A DNA stretch of 64,000 nt from Candidatus Eiseniibacteriota bacterium (GTDB lineage Bacteria > Eisenbacteria > RBG-16-71-46 > CAIMUX01 > VGJL01). How positions within the stretch are numbered: position 1 is the stretch's first letter; each line of letters starts with the position of its first letter. Shown piece after piece: positions 9,945-27,222 of the stretch. Below the pieces are notes generated by a model. That model did no database searches. It worked only from the letters and a program-made list of their open reading frames with translations, and was not told where the DNA came from. Position numbers and translations under genes: made by a program. The stretch spans positions 160,001-224,000 of the forward strand of contig CAWBWI010000004.1 in assembly GCA_963792585.1 (NCBI GenBank). The letters run 5' to 3'.

Positions 9945-11245
9945 GCCTTCCCCCCCTCGCGTTGGAACAGGCAAGCATACACCCCATCGCACTCGCGTTG
10001 CCCCGGCAGGATTCGCAGCGTCCCTTCCGCCTCGACGATCTCCGACGGCAGATCGATGTGCGGCGCGAGGGGACGGAACCAGGGAGCGTCGGCGAGGAAT
10101 CCCGCGCGGACCTGATCGGTCTCCTCCGGCTCGGTCGAACAGACGCTGTAGAGCAGCCACCCCCCCGACCGCACCAGGTCCGAGGCCGCGCGCAGCAGCT
10201 TGCGCTGAATTTGGCCGTGGCGAGGAATCTCGCGCTCTTTCGCGTTCCACCGCGCATCGACTCTTCGTCGAAGCACCCCCAGATTGCTGCACGGGGAATC
10301 GATGAGCACTCCTGCCGCCGTGCCGGGACGGATCGGAGGACGGGTGGCGTCGGCGAGGAGCAACCGCGCATCGGAGCCCGTGCGCTCAAGTGTCTCCCGC
10401 ATCCGTTGCACTCGACTCCGCGTGCGGTCGGCGGCAACGACGCGAGCGGGGAACCGCTCGCTCAGATGGCTCGTCTTGGTGCCCGGCGCCGCGCAGAGGT
10501 CGTGAATCAGCCCTTCTCCCCCCTCGGGCGGAAGCAAACCGATGAGCGCCTCGCTAGGATCCTGCGCGGTCCATGCCCCCTCCGAGAAGAGCGGATCCTC
10601 GGAGGGCCGATAGCCGGCCGGCATCCTGTAGGTATTGGGAATCCATCCGGCTTCGCCCGGCGGGATAGGGCCGCCGGCGCGCGCGCGCAGCCAGACAGGG
10701 GCGCGCTCGTTGTTCCATTGAAGAATGATCAGGGTCCGTTCGTCTCCCAAGCGCTGCCGCCAGCGTTCGACGATCCATGAAGGGTGGCTCTCGCGGACCG
10801 GCCAATCGTCAGGAGATTCCTTCGCGCCGATGCGTTCCCACCGAGCGCGGCCGTCCGCGGTCAATCGTCTGCACACTGCGTTCACCAGCCGGTCGGCGCC
10901 GGGGGGCGCTGTGCGCTGTGCGAGGCGCACTGCCTCGTCGGCGATGGCGTGGTCGGGGACCTGGTCCAGCACGCACACCTGGCACGCCGAGAGACGGAGG
11001 AGGATTCGGACCGTGGGATCGAGCCGTTCGAGTGGACGGTTGACGAGAGGCCGCACGACCGCATCGAGACGGCTGCGCCAACGCACCGTCTCCTGCACGA
11101 GCGTCCACAGGAACCGCCGATCTCGTTCCTCGAACGACGCCGCAGCGGTCCGCAGGGGCGCGTCGATCGACCGACGGAGCTTCTCGTGCTGGAGGAGGAT
11201 CCAGAGGGCGGTCTGCCGGACCGGATCCGGCAATCGGGCGTTCAT
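9941..11245 (-). CDS. rsmB: 16S rRNA m5C967 methyltransferase RsmB/Sun
   Basis: NusB-like N-terminus; DLCAAPGTKT, DSPCSNLG, YSVCS. Confidence 0.9.
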   Translation of the reverse strand: MNARLPDPVRQTALWILLQHEKLRRSIDAPLRTAAASFEERDRRFLWTLVQETVRWRSRLDAVVRPLVNRPLERLDPTVRILLRLSACQVCVLDQVPDHAIADEAVRLAQRTAPPGADRLVNAVCRRLTADGRARWERIGAKESPDDWPVRESHPSWIVERWRQRLGDERTLIILQWNNERAPVWLRARAGGPIPPGEAGWIPNTYRMPAGYRPSEDPLFSEGAWTAQDPSEALIGLLPPEGGEGLIHDLCAAPGTKTSHLSERFPARVVAADRTRSRVQRMRETLERTGSDARLLLADATRPPIRPGTAAGVLIDSPCSNLGVLRRRVDARWNAKEREIPRHGQIQRKLLRAASDLVRSGGWLLYSVCSTEPEETDQVRAGFLADAPWFRPLAPHIDLPSEIVEAEGTLRILPGQRECDGVYACLFQREGGKA

Positions 11246-12171
11246 CCGATGCGCTCGCCCGCCTGCAGGCGGAATCCGCGCGCCCACTCCGATGCGTCCA
11301 TCTCGCGCTTCCCGGACGCTTGGACCCTCAAGAGCCGAACGCGGCCTGGTCGCGTGGCGACGATCGGAAGGGGATCGAGCGCCAGGACCTCGCCGGCCGG
11401 CCGGCCGCTGCCGAGCAAGTCGAGCGGCGCGAGCTTGAGAAGCCGGATCGATTCCCCCCGCACCGACGAGGACGCGCCGGGCCACGGAGTCATCGCGCGC
11501 ACGAAGCGTTCGCAAAGATCGGCCGGATGCGCGAAGTCGCACCGTCCGTCTTCCTTCCTGAGCAGCGGCGCGTAGGTCGCCAACTCCTCCTCCTGAGGGA
11601 GGAAGCGCTCGCGACCCGACCGGATCGCGTCACAGGCTTCGCGCAACACCCCCGCCCCCAGAACGGAAAGGCGCGCGGCCAGGCTGCCGGCCGTGTCATC
11701 GGGCAGGATGCGCTCGGTGCGTTGCGCGAGGAGTGGGCCTGTGTCCAGCCCCTCGTCGAGGCGAAAGACCGTGATCCCGGTCCATGCGTCTCCGTCGAGA
11801 ATCGCGCGCGTGACCGGCGCGGCCCCCCGATGACGGGGCAGCAGCGAGGCGTGGACGTTGAGGCATCCGTGCACAGGCAGATCCAGCAGCGAGCGGCGCA
11901 ACAACCGGCCGAATGCGGCCGTCACCGCTAGGTCTGGGGCGAGGGCGCGCAATTGATCGAGGGACTCGGGAGCATGCAATTTCACCGGCTGGAAGATCGG
12001 CAGTCCGGCCGCCCGCGCGGTCTCGACGACGGGCGGCGACTCGGGCTTGAGGCCCCGCCCTCGCGGCTTGTCAGGCTGGCTCACGACCCCGACGACCGTG
12101 TCGGGGCCGCGCAGCAGCGCTTCGAGAGATGGGACCGCGAAGGCGGGCGTACCGAGGAAGAGGATCCGCAC
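11242..12171 (-). CDS. fmt: methionyl-tRNA formyltransferase
   Basis: FLGTPAFA, SQPDKPRGRG, NVHASLLPRHRGAAP. Confidence 0.96.
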   Translation of the reverse strand: MRILFLGTPAFAVPSLEALLRGPDTVVGVVSQPDKPRGRGLKPESPPVVETARAAGLPIFQPVKLHAPESLDQLRALAPDLAVTAAFGRLLRRSLLDLPVHGCLNVHASLLPRHRGAAPVTRAILDGDAWTGITVFRLDEGLDTGPLLAQRTERILPDDTAGSLAARLSVLGAGVLREACDAIRSGRERFLPQEEELATYAPLLRKEDGRCDFAHPADLCERFVRAMTPWPGASSSVRGESIRLLKLAPLDLLGSGRPAGEVLALDPLPIVATRPGRVRLLRVQASGKREMDASEWARGFRLQAGERIG

Positions 12172-14949
<2,778 letters not shown>

Positions 14950-14962
14950 GGTCCGGCCTTGG

Positions 14963-15988
14963 CTAGAGGAGCTTCCCCGGTCCGGCGGATCCGGGGTGGA
15001 CGACGCCGAGGATCTCGAAGCTCCGCACCGTCGCTTGGCGGCCGAGGCGGGTGCGCTCGATCAGCCCTTGCTGGATCAGAAAGGGCTCGTGAACCTCCTC
15101 GAGCGTGTCGGGTTCCTCGCCGACGCTCATCGCCAGGGTGGAGAGTCCGACCGGCCCGCCGCGGAACTTGCGCACGAGCGTCTCGAGGATTCGTCGATCC
15201 ATCTCGTCGAGGCCCGCCTCATCGATGTCGAGTCGGGTGAGCGTGGCCGCGGCGTTCGCCCGATCGATGCTCGCGATCCCGTCGACCATCGCGAAATCGC
15301 GCACGCGGCGCAGCAGGCGGTTGGCGATCCGCGGCGTTCCGCGGGAGCGGCGCGCGATCTCGGTGCGCGCATCCTTGTCGAGGTCGACGGAGAGCAGCTC
15401 GGCGGAGCGGCGGAGGATCTGCTCGAGTTCTCCAGCCGCGTAATAGTCGACCCGTCCGTGGAAACCGAACCGGGCCCGCAGCGGCGAACTCAGGAGCCCC
15501 GCCCGCGTCGTCGCCCCGAGCAGGGTGAAGCGCTCGAGGTTCAATCGAACCGTCCGCGCGCCCGGCCCACGATCCAGGATGATGTCGAGACGGAAGTCCT
15601 CCATTGCGGGGTAGAGGTACTCCTCCACGGTGCGGTGAAGCCGGTGGATCTCGTCGACGAAGAGGATCCCTCCCGTCGGCAGCGACGTGAGGATCCCCGC
15701 GAGATCGCCCGGCCGCTCCAGCGCCGGGCCGCTCGTGCACCGAATCTCGGTCTCCATCTCGCGCGCGAGCATGAGGGCGAGCGTCGTCTTGCCGAGTCCC
15801 GGCGGCCCGGTCAGCAGCACGTGGTCGAGCGGCTCGCTGCGCAGGCGCGCGGCCTTGACGAGAATCTCGAGATTCTCGCGAAGCCGGTCCTGTCCCACGA
15901 ATTCGGTCAGCCTGCGAGGGCGCAGGCTCGTCTCGAAGACGATGTCCTGTTCCTGGGGAACCGGATCCATCAGCGGGGAACGCGTCAC
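14963..15988 (-). CDS. ruvB: Holliday junction helicase RuvB
   Basis: LRPRRLTEFVGQ, GPPGLGKTTLA, FVDEIHRL, RGTPRIANRLLRRVRD. Confidence 0.97.
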   Translation of the reverse strand: MTRSPLMDPVPQEQDIVFETSLRPRRLTEFVGQDRLRENLEILVKAARLRSEPLDHVLLTGPPGLGKTTLALMLAREMETEIRCTSGPALERPGDLAGILTSLPTGGILFVDEIHRLHRTVEEYLYPAMEDFRLDIILDRGPGARTVRLNLERFTLLGATTRAGLLSSPLRARFGFHGRVDYYAAGELEQILRRSAELLSVDLDKDARTEIARRSRGTPRIANRLLRRVRDFAMVDGIASIDRANAAATLTRLDIDEAGLDEMDRRILETLVRKFRGGPVGLSTLAMSVGEEPDTLEEVHEPFLIQQGLIERTRLGRQATVRSFEILGVVHPGSAGPGKLL

Positions 15989-16194
15989 CGGCTTTCTCCT
16001 TCACATTGCGGGCGGAACGAGCCTGAGGCTAACACAGGCCCGGGGCGCCCTCAACGCTCCAAGCGCGGGGTTGACCGTCACGCGCGCGATTCGGGAGAAT
16101 CGAAAGGTTGCGTCCCCGGGCCCGGCCGTTACTGCAGCGCGGAGCTTCGAACCCCTGGATGGAGTGTGCGCCCCTGAGGAACCCGTTCGTCGTG

Positions 16195-17947
16195 ATGCTG
16201 CCGAACCTGTACGAACTGCGCGCCTACCTCAGGCGTCACGCGCGCGCGTTTCAGATCGGCTATGTCTGCATCCTGGCGAATAACGCCTTCACGCTCGCCA
16301 TTCCGCAGGTCATGGGCGCGGGCGTAAACCACTTGCGGTCGGGCGCCGCCGGCGGGATGGCCCGCTACGCGGTCGCGATGGTCGCCCTGGCCGCGGCGGG
16401 CGGGGTCTTTCTCTACCTGATGCGCCGGATCCTGATTGGCACCAGCCGCGAGATCGAATACGAGGTCCGTCGCGACTTCTACGGTCACCTCCAGACGCTG
16501 TCCCTATCGTTCTTCCAGAAGCAGCGGACCGGGGATCTGATGGCGCGTGCGAGCAACGACGTCAATGCGGTCCGCGACTGCATGGGCCCCGGGATCATGT
16601 ACGGCATGAACACGGTCACGACCGTCGTCGCGAGCATCTTCCTGATGGTCCGGCATCGACCCGATCCTCACCCTGGCGACGCTGCTCCCCCTGCCTCTGC
16701 TCGCCTTCCTCGTCCGCTACTTCTCGAGCGAGATGCACCGGCGGGCGCGCGCAGTTCAGGATCAGTATGGCGTTCTCTCCTCGGGCCTTCAGGAGAACCT
16801 ATCGGGGATTCGCGTCGTCCAGTCCTACGTCCAGGAGAAGCAGGAGGAGCTGCACTTCGACGGGCTCGGGCGGGAATACATGCGCCTCGGCCTCCGCTTG
16901 ATCCGCTACCGCTCTCTCTTCTTCTCGACGATGGGAAGCCTGGTCGGCCTCCTGATGCTGATCCTGCTCTGGATCGGCGGGCTCCGCGTGATTCACGGCA
17001 CGATCCGGCTCGGGGACTTCGTCGCCTTCATGGGCTATCTGGGGATCCTGACCTGGCCCTTCATCGCCCTCGGGTGGGTCCTCGCCATGTACCAGCGGGG
17101 CGAGGCGGCCATGGCCCGCCTTCTCGAGATCCGCCGCGAGGTCTCGGACATCGCGTCTCCCGCCGAGCCGGTGAACTTTCCGACCATGGCCGGCGCGATC
17201 CGCTTCGACGGCGTGCGATACCGCTACTCTCCGGGGGGGCCCGAGGTTCTGTGCGGGATCGACGAGACGATTCACGCGGGGACGACGGTGGCGATCGTGG
17301 GCCGCACCGGCAGCGGCAAGTCGACCCTCATCTCGATGATCCCCCGTCTCTTCGACCCCACCGAAGGGGCGGTGCTGCTCGACGGCGTCGACGCCCGGAG
17401 ACGCGACCTCGCGGGGCTTCGTTCCGCCGTGGCCGTCGTGCCGCAGGAGTCGTTCCTCTTCTCCGAGTCGCTGCGCGACAACCTGCGGGTCGGCAAGCCG
17501 AACGCGACGGAGGAGGATCTTCGCCGCGTCGTGGGGCTCGCCGGTCTGACGTTCGATCTGGAGAGCTTTCCTCGGGGGCTCGATACCATCGTCGGAGAGC
17601 GCGGGATCACGCTCTCGGGGGGCCAGCGGCAGCGCGTCGCGCTCGCCCGAGCGCTGCTGGCGGATCCGCTGATCCTGATCCTGGACGACGCATTCTCGAG
17701 CGTCGACAAGATCACCGAAGCCGCCCTTCTCGACGCCCTGCGCGCATACAGGAAGGGGCGGACGACGCTCTTGATCGCCCACCGGATCTCGACGGTGCGG
17801 GACGCGGACCGGATCCTCGTCATGAAGGACGGCGCGATCGCCGAATCGGGCTCCCACGCGGAGCTGCTCGCGCAAGGGGACCTCTACGCGGCGATGGAGC
17901 GGCGCCAGCGACTCGCCGAGGAGATCGAACATGCCCCCGTTCCCTGA
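16195..17947 (+). CDS. ABC exporter half-transporter (TMD+NBD); frameshift near 16650
   Basis: RTGDLMARASND in upstream frame; GRTGSGKST, LSGGQRQR, degenerate Walker B LILDD. Confidence 0.9.
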
Positions 17948-19739
17948 CGAGGAGCCCCTCTACCGCACCCAGATCGACCGGCGGCTCCTGCGCCGGCTGC
18001 TCGAGCTGGCGCGCCCGCACCGCGGGATCCTCATCGGCTCCGTGGCGCTCCTGCTGGTCGTCTCCGCCATGGAGCTCACGTTCCCCATCCTCATGAAGCG
18101 GGGGATCGACACCTACATCGATGGAAAGGACACGAGGGGGCTGTTCCACCTCTCGCTCGTCTACCTCGGCCTCTTGATCGCCGTCTTCTTCCTGCGTTAC
18201 TTCCAGCAGGTTCTCACGCAGAGCCTCGGGCAGCGGATCATGTTCGACCTGCGTCGCAGGCTCTTCTCCCACGTCCAGGGGCTCTCGGTCTCCTACTTCG
18301 AGCGGAATCCGGTCGGCCGCATCATGACCCGGCTCACGGGCGACGTGGAGGTCCTGAACGATCTCTTCACCTCGGGGCTCGTCTCGATCTTCGGCGACGT
18401 CGTGATCCTGCTCGGCATCATGACGGTCATGATCGTCTTCGACTGGCGTCTCGCCGTCGTCTGCTTCCTCGTGCTGCCCCCGCTCATCTGGGCGACCTTC
18501 GTTTTTCGCGCCCGTGTCCGCGAGTCGTACACCACGATCCGCTTGAAGGTCGCCGCGATGAACACCTTCCTGCAGGAGAACATCACGGGGATCTCCTTGG
18601 TCCAGCTATTCCGGCGCGAGGACGCGAGCCGGGCCACCTTCGACGGGCTGAACCGCGAGCACCGCGATGCATTCCTCCGTTCGGTCCAGGCCCACTCGAT
18701 CTACTTCCCCGTCGTCGAGCTGCTCGAGGCCCTGGCCGCCGCACTGATCCTCGGCTACGGAGGCGACCGGGTCCTGACGAAGGCCATCTCGATCGGCGCC
18801 CTGGTCGCGTTCGTGCAGTACAGCGAGCGGTTCTTCCGGCCGATCCGGGACCTCTCGGAGCGGTACAACACGCTTCAGGGCGCCATGGCATCGAGCGAGC
18901 GGATCTTCGAGTTGCTGGACACGCAGGCGAATGTGAAGCCCCCCGTCTCACCGCATACCCCCGTCGACGCGCGCGGGGAGATCGTCTTCGACCATGTCCG
19001 CTTCGGATACAAGACGGATGAGCCGGTGCTGCACGATCTATCGTTCCGGATCGCCCCCGGGGAGGCGATCGCAGTGGTGGGGCACACCGGCGCCGGGAAG
19101 ACCACGATCGCCTCGCTGCTCGTTCGTTTCTACGACGTCTGGGGCGGGTCGATCCGCGTGGACGGAATCGACGTGCGGGAATACCCCATCGACACCCTGC
19201 GCCGCCGGATCGCGATCGTGCCGCAGGATGTCTTCCTCTTCTCCGGATCGGCCCTGCGGAACATCGGCCTGCGGGATGCCGAGACCGATCCCGAGCGGAT
19301 TCGCGGCGCGGTCGCCGCCGTGGGCGCAACCGACTTCCTGGAGCGGCTCCCCCAGGGACTCGAGACGGACCTGCGCGAGCGCGGCAACATGCTGTCGGTC
19401 GGTCAGAAGCAGCTCCTCTCCTTCGCCCGCGCCCTCGCGCGCGACCCACGGGTCCTCATCCTCGACGAGGCGACGTCGAGCGTGGACACGCAGTCGGAGA
19501 TGAAGATCCGCGAGGCGCTGCGCGTGCTGATCCGGGGACGCACGAGCCTCGTCATCGCCCACCGTCTCTCGACGATCCGTCACGTCGATCGGATCCTCGT
19601 CCTGCACAAGGGGAAGCTCGTCGATCAGGGAACGCACGATGAACTGCTCCGGCGCGAGGGGATCTACGCGAAGCTCTACCAGCTCGAGTTCAAGGCGCAG
19701 GAGGAAGAGGGCGTGGCGACTAGCCCCGGCTCCGGTTGA
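17931..19739 (+). CDS. ABC exporter half-transporter (heterodimer partner, MdlB/YheH-like)
   Basis: GHTGAGKTT, degenerate signature LSVGQKQ, LILDEATSSVD, IAHRLSTI. Confidence 0.92.
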   Translation: MPPFPDEEPLYRTQIDRRLLRRLLELARPHRGILIGSVALLLVVSAMELTFPILMKRGIDTYIDGKDTRGLFHLSLVYLGLLIAVFFLRYFQQVLTQSLGQRIMFDLRRRLFSHVQGLSVSYFERNPVGRIMTRLTGDVEVLNDLFTSGLVSIFGDVVILLGIMTVMIVFDWRLAVVCFLVLPPLIWATFVFRARVRESYTTIRLKVAAMNTFLQENITGISLVQLFRREDASRATFDGLNREHRDAFLRSVQAHSIYFPVVELLEALAAALILGYGGDRVLTKAISIGALVAFVQYSERFFRPIRDLSERYNTLQGAMASSERIFELLDTQANVKPPVSPHTPVDARGEIVFDHVRFGYKTDEPVLHDLSFRIAPGEAIAVVGHTGAGKTTIASLLVRFYDVWGGSIRVDGIDVREYPIDTLRRRIAIVPQDVFLFSGSALRNIGLRDAETDPERIRGAVAAVGATDFLERLPQGLETDLRERGNMLSVGQKQLLSFARALARDPRVLILDEATSSVDTQSEMKIREALRVLIRGRTSLVIAHRLSTIRHVDRILVLHKGKLVDQGTHDELLRREGIYAKLYQLEFKAQEEEGVATSPGSG

Positions 19740-20325
19740 GCCCCGTGAGCGCCTCGCGGAGGACGACATCGAGCGCCGGCGAACCTTCCGCGTGGTCTCG
19801 AAGCGCCTGGCGCACCGCCTCGCGCGACTCGGCCAGCGGATAGCCGAGCGCGGTGAGCGCCCGCACCGCGTCGAGTCCGAGGTCGCCCGAGCCGGGAATC
19901 TCCGTACCCTCCGCTGGTCCGGCCCCGGGCGCGATCTTCCCCTTCAGCTCGAGCAGGATCCGGTCGGCGAGCTTACGTCCCACGCCGGGGACCGTGAGGA
20001 GGCGCGCGTTTGCGCCCCGCTCGATCTCGAGGGCCAAGGCTGCGGGATCGAGGAACGAGAGGATCGCCATGGCGATCCGCGGCCCCACGCCGCTGACACC
20101 GCGTAGCGCGTCGAAACTCGCCCGCTCTTCCAGGGTGAGGAATCCGAAGAGCTGCGGATCCCCCTCGCGGACGATCAGCCGCGTCCAGATCACGCCGCGC
20201 GCGCGCCCCTCGAGGCGATCGGCGACGCTTCGAGGAATCGCCACGCGGATGCCGACCCCGCCGACCTGAACGAGCAGATGGTCCGTTCCGATCTCGAGGA
20301 ACTCGCCGTCCAGCCGCTCGATCAT
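19720..20325 (-). CDS. ruvA: Holliday junction DNA-binding protein RuvA
   Basis: MIERLDG, VSGVGPRIAMAIL, VPGVGRKLADRILLEL, ALTALGY. Confidence 0.95.
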   Translation of the reverse strand: MIERLDGEFLEIGTDHLLVQVGGVGIRVAIPRSVADRLEGRARGVIWTRLIVREGDPQLFGFLTLEERASFDALRGVSGVGPRIAMAILSFLDPAALALEIERGANARLLTVPGVGRKLADRILLELKGKIAPGAGPAEGTEIPGSGDLGLDAVRALTALGYPLAESREAVRQALRDHAEGSPALDVVLREALTGLNRSRG

Positions 20326-20855
20326 GCGCCGATCCTCATCCCGCCACCGATCCCGCTCGCCGAACGGCTCAGATGGCAATAGGCGACGGCCAGGGCGTCC
20401 GATTCGTCCTCGCTCGGCTTTCCGGGGTGGCCGAGGACGAGGTGCGCGAGCATCCGCTCCACCTGCGACTTCGCGGCCGCGCCGTTGCCGGTGACCGCGC
20501 GCTTGATCTCCGAGGGAGCGTACTCGTAGACAGAGAGGCCCGCCTCCAGGCAGAGCAGCAGGAGCACTCCGCGCACGTGGCCGAGCACGAGCGCCGCGCG
20601 CACGCTGCGGGCGACGAAACAGGTCTCCAGGGCGGCTTCATCGGGGTGGTGAGTCCGGATCAACTCAACGATCTCGGCCCGCAGCTGGGGCAGCCGTTCC
20701 GCGAACGGCCGCTCCGTGTCCAGGTGGATCGCCCCGCTCGCGATACGGAGGATGCCGTCGGGGCCGGTAGGGCCCCGGAGGATGCCGAAACCGGTCCGGC
20801 GGCTGCCGGGATCCAGACCGAGGACGATGCGCGCTCTCGCCACGCCGGCGTTCAC
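20322..20855 (-). CDS. ruvC: crossover junction endodeoxyribonuclease RuvC
   Basis: LGLDPGSRRTGFG, EIKRAVTGNG, DESDALAVAYCH. Confidence 0.95.
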   Translation of the reverse strand: MNAGVARARIVLGLDPGSRRTGFGILRGPTGPDGILRIASGAIHLDTERPFAERLPQLRAEIVELIRTHHPDEAALETCFVARSVRAALVLGHVRGVLLLLCLEAGLSVYEYAPSEIKRAVTGNGAAAKSQVERMLAHLVLGHPGKPSEDESDALAVAYCHLSRSASGIGGGMRIGA

Positions 20856-20892
20856 CCTCCCTCTCGGTCGTTCGATCGTCGGACGGGCGTCC

Positions 20893-21645
20893 TTACTCGC
20901 TCCGCAGCTTCTCCATCAGTTCGTCTGTGATGTCGAAGTTGGAGAAGACCTTCTGCACGTCGTCGTGCTCCTCGATCAGATCGAGCAGCTTCAGCAACGG
21001 CACCGCGTCCTTCTCCTCAACGGTGACACTGGTGGACGGGACTCTCGCAAGCTCGATGCTCAGACACGCAATGCCGGCCGCCTCGATCGCCTTCTGGACC
21101 GGATCGAAATCCGCAACGGCGGTCGTGATCTCGTACAGATCCGGAGTCGTGGACACATCCTCCGCCCCGGCTTCGAGCGCGAGTTCGAAGAGCTTTTCCT
21201 CGGCGACAGCCGTCCTCTCGATGGTGATGAGCCCCTTCGTCGCGAACATCCAGGCGACGCAGCCGGCCTCGCCGAGATTCCCACCGTGCTTGGTCAGCAG
21301 GTGGCGCAACTCGCCCGTCGTGCGGTTCTTGTTGTCCGTCAGCACCTGGATCAGGAGGGCGACGCCGCCCTGGCCGTATCCCTCGTAGAAGGCTTCCTCA
21401 TAGTTGACGCCGGGGAGCTCGCCTGTCCCCTTCTTGACCGCGCGATCGATGTTGGCGGCCGGCATGCTCTCGGCCTTCGCGTTCTCGATCGCGGTCCGCA
21501 GGCGGGGATTCCCTTTGACATCCCCGCCGCCGTCCCGCGCGGCAATCGTGATTTCCTTGATCAGCTTGGTGAAGCGCTGGCCCCGCTCGGCGTCGAGCTT
21601 GCCCTTCTTCCGCTTGATCGTCGCCCACTTCGAGTGGCCGCTCAT
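20893..21645 (-). CDS. yebC: YebC/PmpR family protein
   Basis: MSGHSKWATIKRKK, YEGYG, TDNKNRT, DDVQKVFSN. Confidence 0.96.
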   Translation of the reverse strand: MSGHSKWATIKRKKGKLDAERGQRFTKLIKEITIAARDGGGDVKGNPRLRTAIENAKAESMPAANIDRAVKKGTGELPGVNYEEAFYEGYGQGGVALLIQVLTDNKNRTTGELRHLLTKHGGNLGEAGCVAWMFATKGLITIERTAVAEEKLFELALEAGAEDVSTTPDLYEITTAVADFDPVQKAIEAAGIACLSIELARVPSTSVTVEEKDAVPLLKLLDLIEEHDDVQKVFSNFDITDELMEKLRSE

Positions 21646-21678
21646 GGCTCTCCTCCCCTGCTTTTCCTGGGAGCCAGA

Positions 21679-23764
21679 TTAGGCCCCGGCCTCCGCCTGC
21701 TCCTTGCGGATCTGATCGACGAGCTTGTCCTGGACCTCGCGCGGGACCTCATCGTAGTGGTCGAACGCGAAGGTGAACCGGCCGCGCCCCTGGGTCATCG
21801 AGCGCAGCTTCGTCGAGTACTGGTAGATCTCCGCCGCCGGGACGAGCGCGCTGACCTTCTGGACGCGCCCCATCGGCTCCATCCCCAGGATCTTCCCGCG
21901 CCGACTCGAGAGATCGCCCATCACGTCCCCCATGTAGTCGTCGGGGACCGTGACCTCGATCTTCATGATCGGCTCGAGCAACACCGGTTGCGACTTCTCG
22001 ATCCCGTCCTTCAGCGCCTCGCGTGCCGCGATCTTGAATGCCATTTCCGAGGAGTCGACGTCGTGATAGCCGCCGAAGTGCAGGCGCACGCGCACATCGA
22101 CGAGCGGGTAACCGACGAGCACGCCCTCCTGCATCTTCTCCAGGATCCCCTTCTCGACGGCGGGGATGAATCGGGAAGGGATCACGCCGCCCACGATCTC
22201 ATCGAGGAACTCGAAGCCGCCGCCTCGCGGGAGCGGCTTCGACCTTGATCGAGACGTCCGCGAACTGACCCCGACCGCCCGTCTGCTTCTTGTGCCGGTA
22301 GGACACGTCGGCATGGCCGCGAATCGTCTCGCGGAACGGGATCCTCGGCTTGGAAGTGACCGCCTCGACCTGACCGCGCCGGCGCATCCGGTCGAGAACG
22401 ACGTCCACGTGGAGGTCTCCCATGCAGCGCAGAATCGTCTGGTGAAGACTCGAATCGACGCGGGTCTGGAGGGTCGGGTCCTCCATGTGGAACCGGCTCA
22501 GCCAAGAGCCGACCTTTTCCTCATCCCCTTTCTTCGCCGGCGCGATGGCGACCTCGTGCACCGGCTCCGGGAAACGGATCGGCGAGAGAACGATCTTGTG
22601 GTCCTTCGTGGAGAGGCAGTCGTTCGTCCCCGTGGTCTTGAGGTTCACGGTGGCGCCGATGTCCCCGGCGACGATCTTGTCGGTGTCCGTACGTTCCTTG
22701 CCGCAGAAATTGTAAAGCTGGCTCATCCGCTCGGACTGATCCCGGCGGGAGTTGTACACGTCCATCCCCTTCTCGATGAAGCCGGAGAAGACGCGGATCA
22801 GGTAGACGTCCTGCGGCAGGACTTCGGAAGTCGTCTTGAACACGATCGCGCTGAGATGATCGGCGGGGGACCCCTTGATAGGGGTCTCCTCGGTTTGACC
22901 GGGCCGCACGCCCATCGGGCCGGTGGTATCGAGTGGCGAGGGGGCGAGATCCGTGATCGAGTCGAGCAAGATCGAGATGCCGATCAGGTGGTCGGCGGAA
23001 ACGGCGAAGATCGGATATATCTTTCCCTGGGCGATTCCTTCGCGGAACCCAAGGTTGACCTCGTCCACGGAAAGCTCTCCCGACTCGAGGTACTTCTCCA
23101 GGAGCGCGTCATCCGCCTCCGCGGCCAGTTCCGACAGCTGCCCGTGCGCCTTCTCGACGGCATCCGCAAGATCCCCGGGCGCATCCGCTTCACGCGGGGC
23201 CTTTACATCACCGAGGAGCGCCTTGCCGGTCAGGACGTTCGACAGCCCCCTCGAAACCGGGGCCGGATCCCACGGGAATCGCGAAGGGAACGGCGCGATC
23301 GGTCATTGCGCGGATGCCCTCGACCGCTTTCGCGAAGTTCGCCTGATCCTTGTCCATCATGTTGACGACGAAGAAGGCCGGCATCCCCCGCTCGGCGATC
23401 ATCTCGAAGTGCTTCTCCGTGTCGCTCTCCACGCCCGCGACGCCGTTGACGACGATCAGCGCCGTGTCGCCGGCGAAGAGGCCCGCGTAGACTTCGCCCA
23501 CGAAGTCGGCGTAACCCGGGCAATCGAGCAGGTTGATCTTCTTCCCCTTGCAGTCGAATTGCGCAAGCGAAAGGTAAAGGCTGATCTGCCGCTTCACTTC
23601 ATCCGGCGTGTGGGAGAGGACGGATGAACCCTCGTGAGTCTTCCCCAGACCGCGTCGTGGCGCCTGCGCCGTAACAGCAACGCCTCTCCCAGCGAAGTCT
23701 TTCCCGAGCCGCTATGGCCGACAACCGTGACATTGCGGATCGCCGCCGTGTCATACGTTTTCAC
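21679..23764 (-). CDS. elongation factor G paralog (EF-G2-like); several frameshifts
   Basis: [62 protein letters not shown] spread over several frames. Confidence 0.9.
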
Positions 23765-23925
23765 CGCTCGCTACCCCCATTTCGCCATGGTCTGCTAGTA
23801 GGTCTCTCGGGGACCAAAGAGGACCATGGCTAACCCAACCCAACGGATCCCGGCCCTCGTGGCAGGCAAATCGGTTCGAGATTACCATCCGACCTGAGCA
23901 TCAGCAACAAGTGCCGATTCCGGCC

Positions 23926-23968
23926 AAAAAGAAACGGGCTCCGAAACCCGAAGGTTTCGGAGCCCGTG
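23926..23968 (-). terminator. rho-independent terminator of rRNA operon
   Basis: ACGGGCTCCGAAACC-loop-GGTTTCGGAGCCCGT hairpin followed by T-rich tract on minus strand. Confidence 0.85.
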
Positions 23969-23977
23969 ACATTTAAT

Positions 23978-24093
<116 letters not shown>

Positions 24094-24188
24094 ATCGGAT
24101 CCTCGAACGGAAAACTCCGATCCGAGGAAAACGCTGACAACTGCAAGAGTACGATACCTGCAACGCGAGCTCGAGCAGCAAAACAACT

Positions 24189-27222
<3,034 letters not shown>

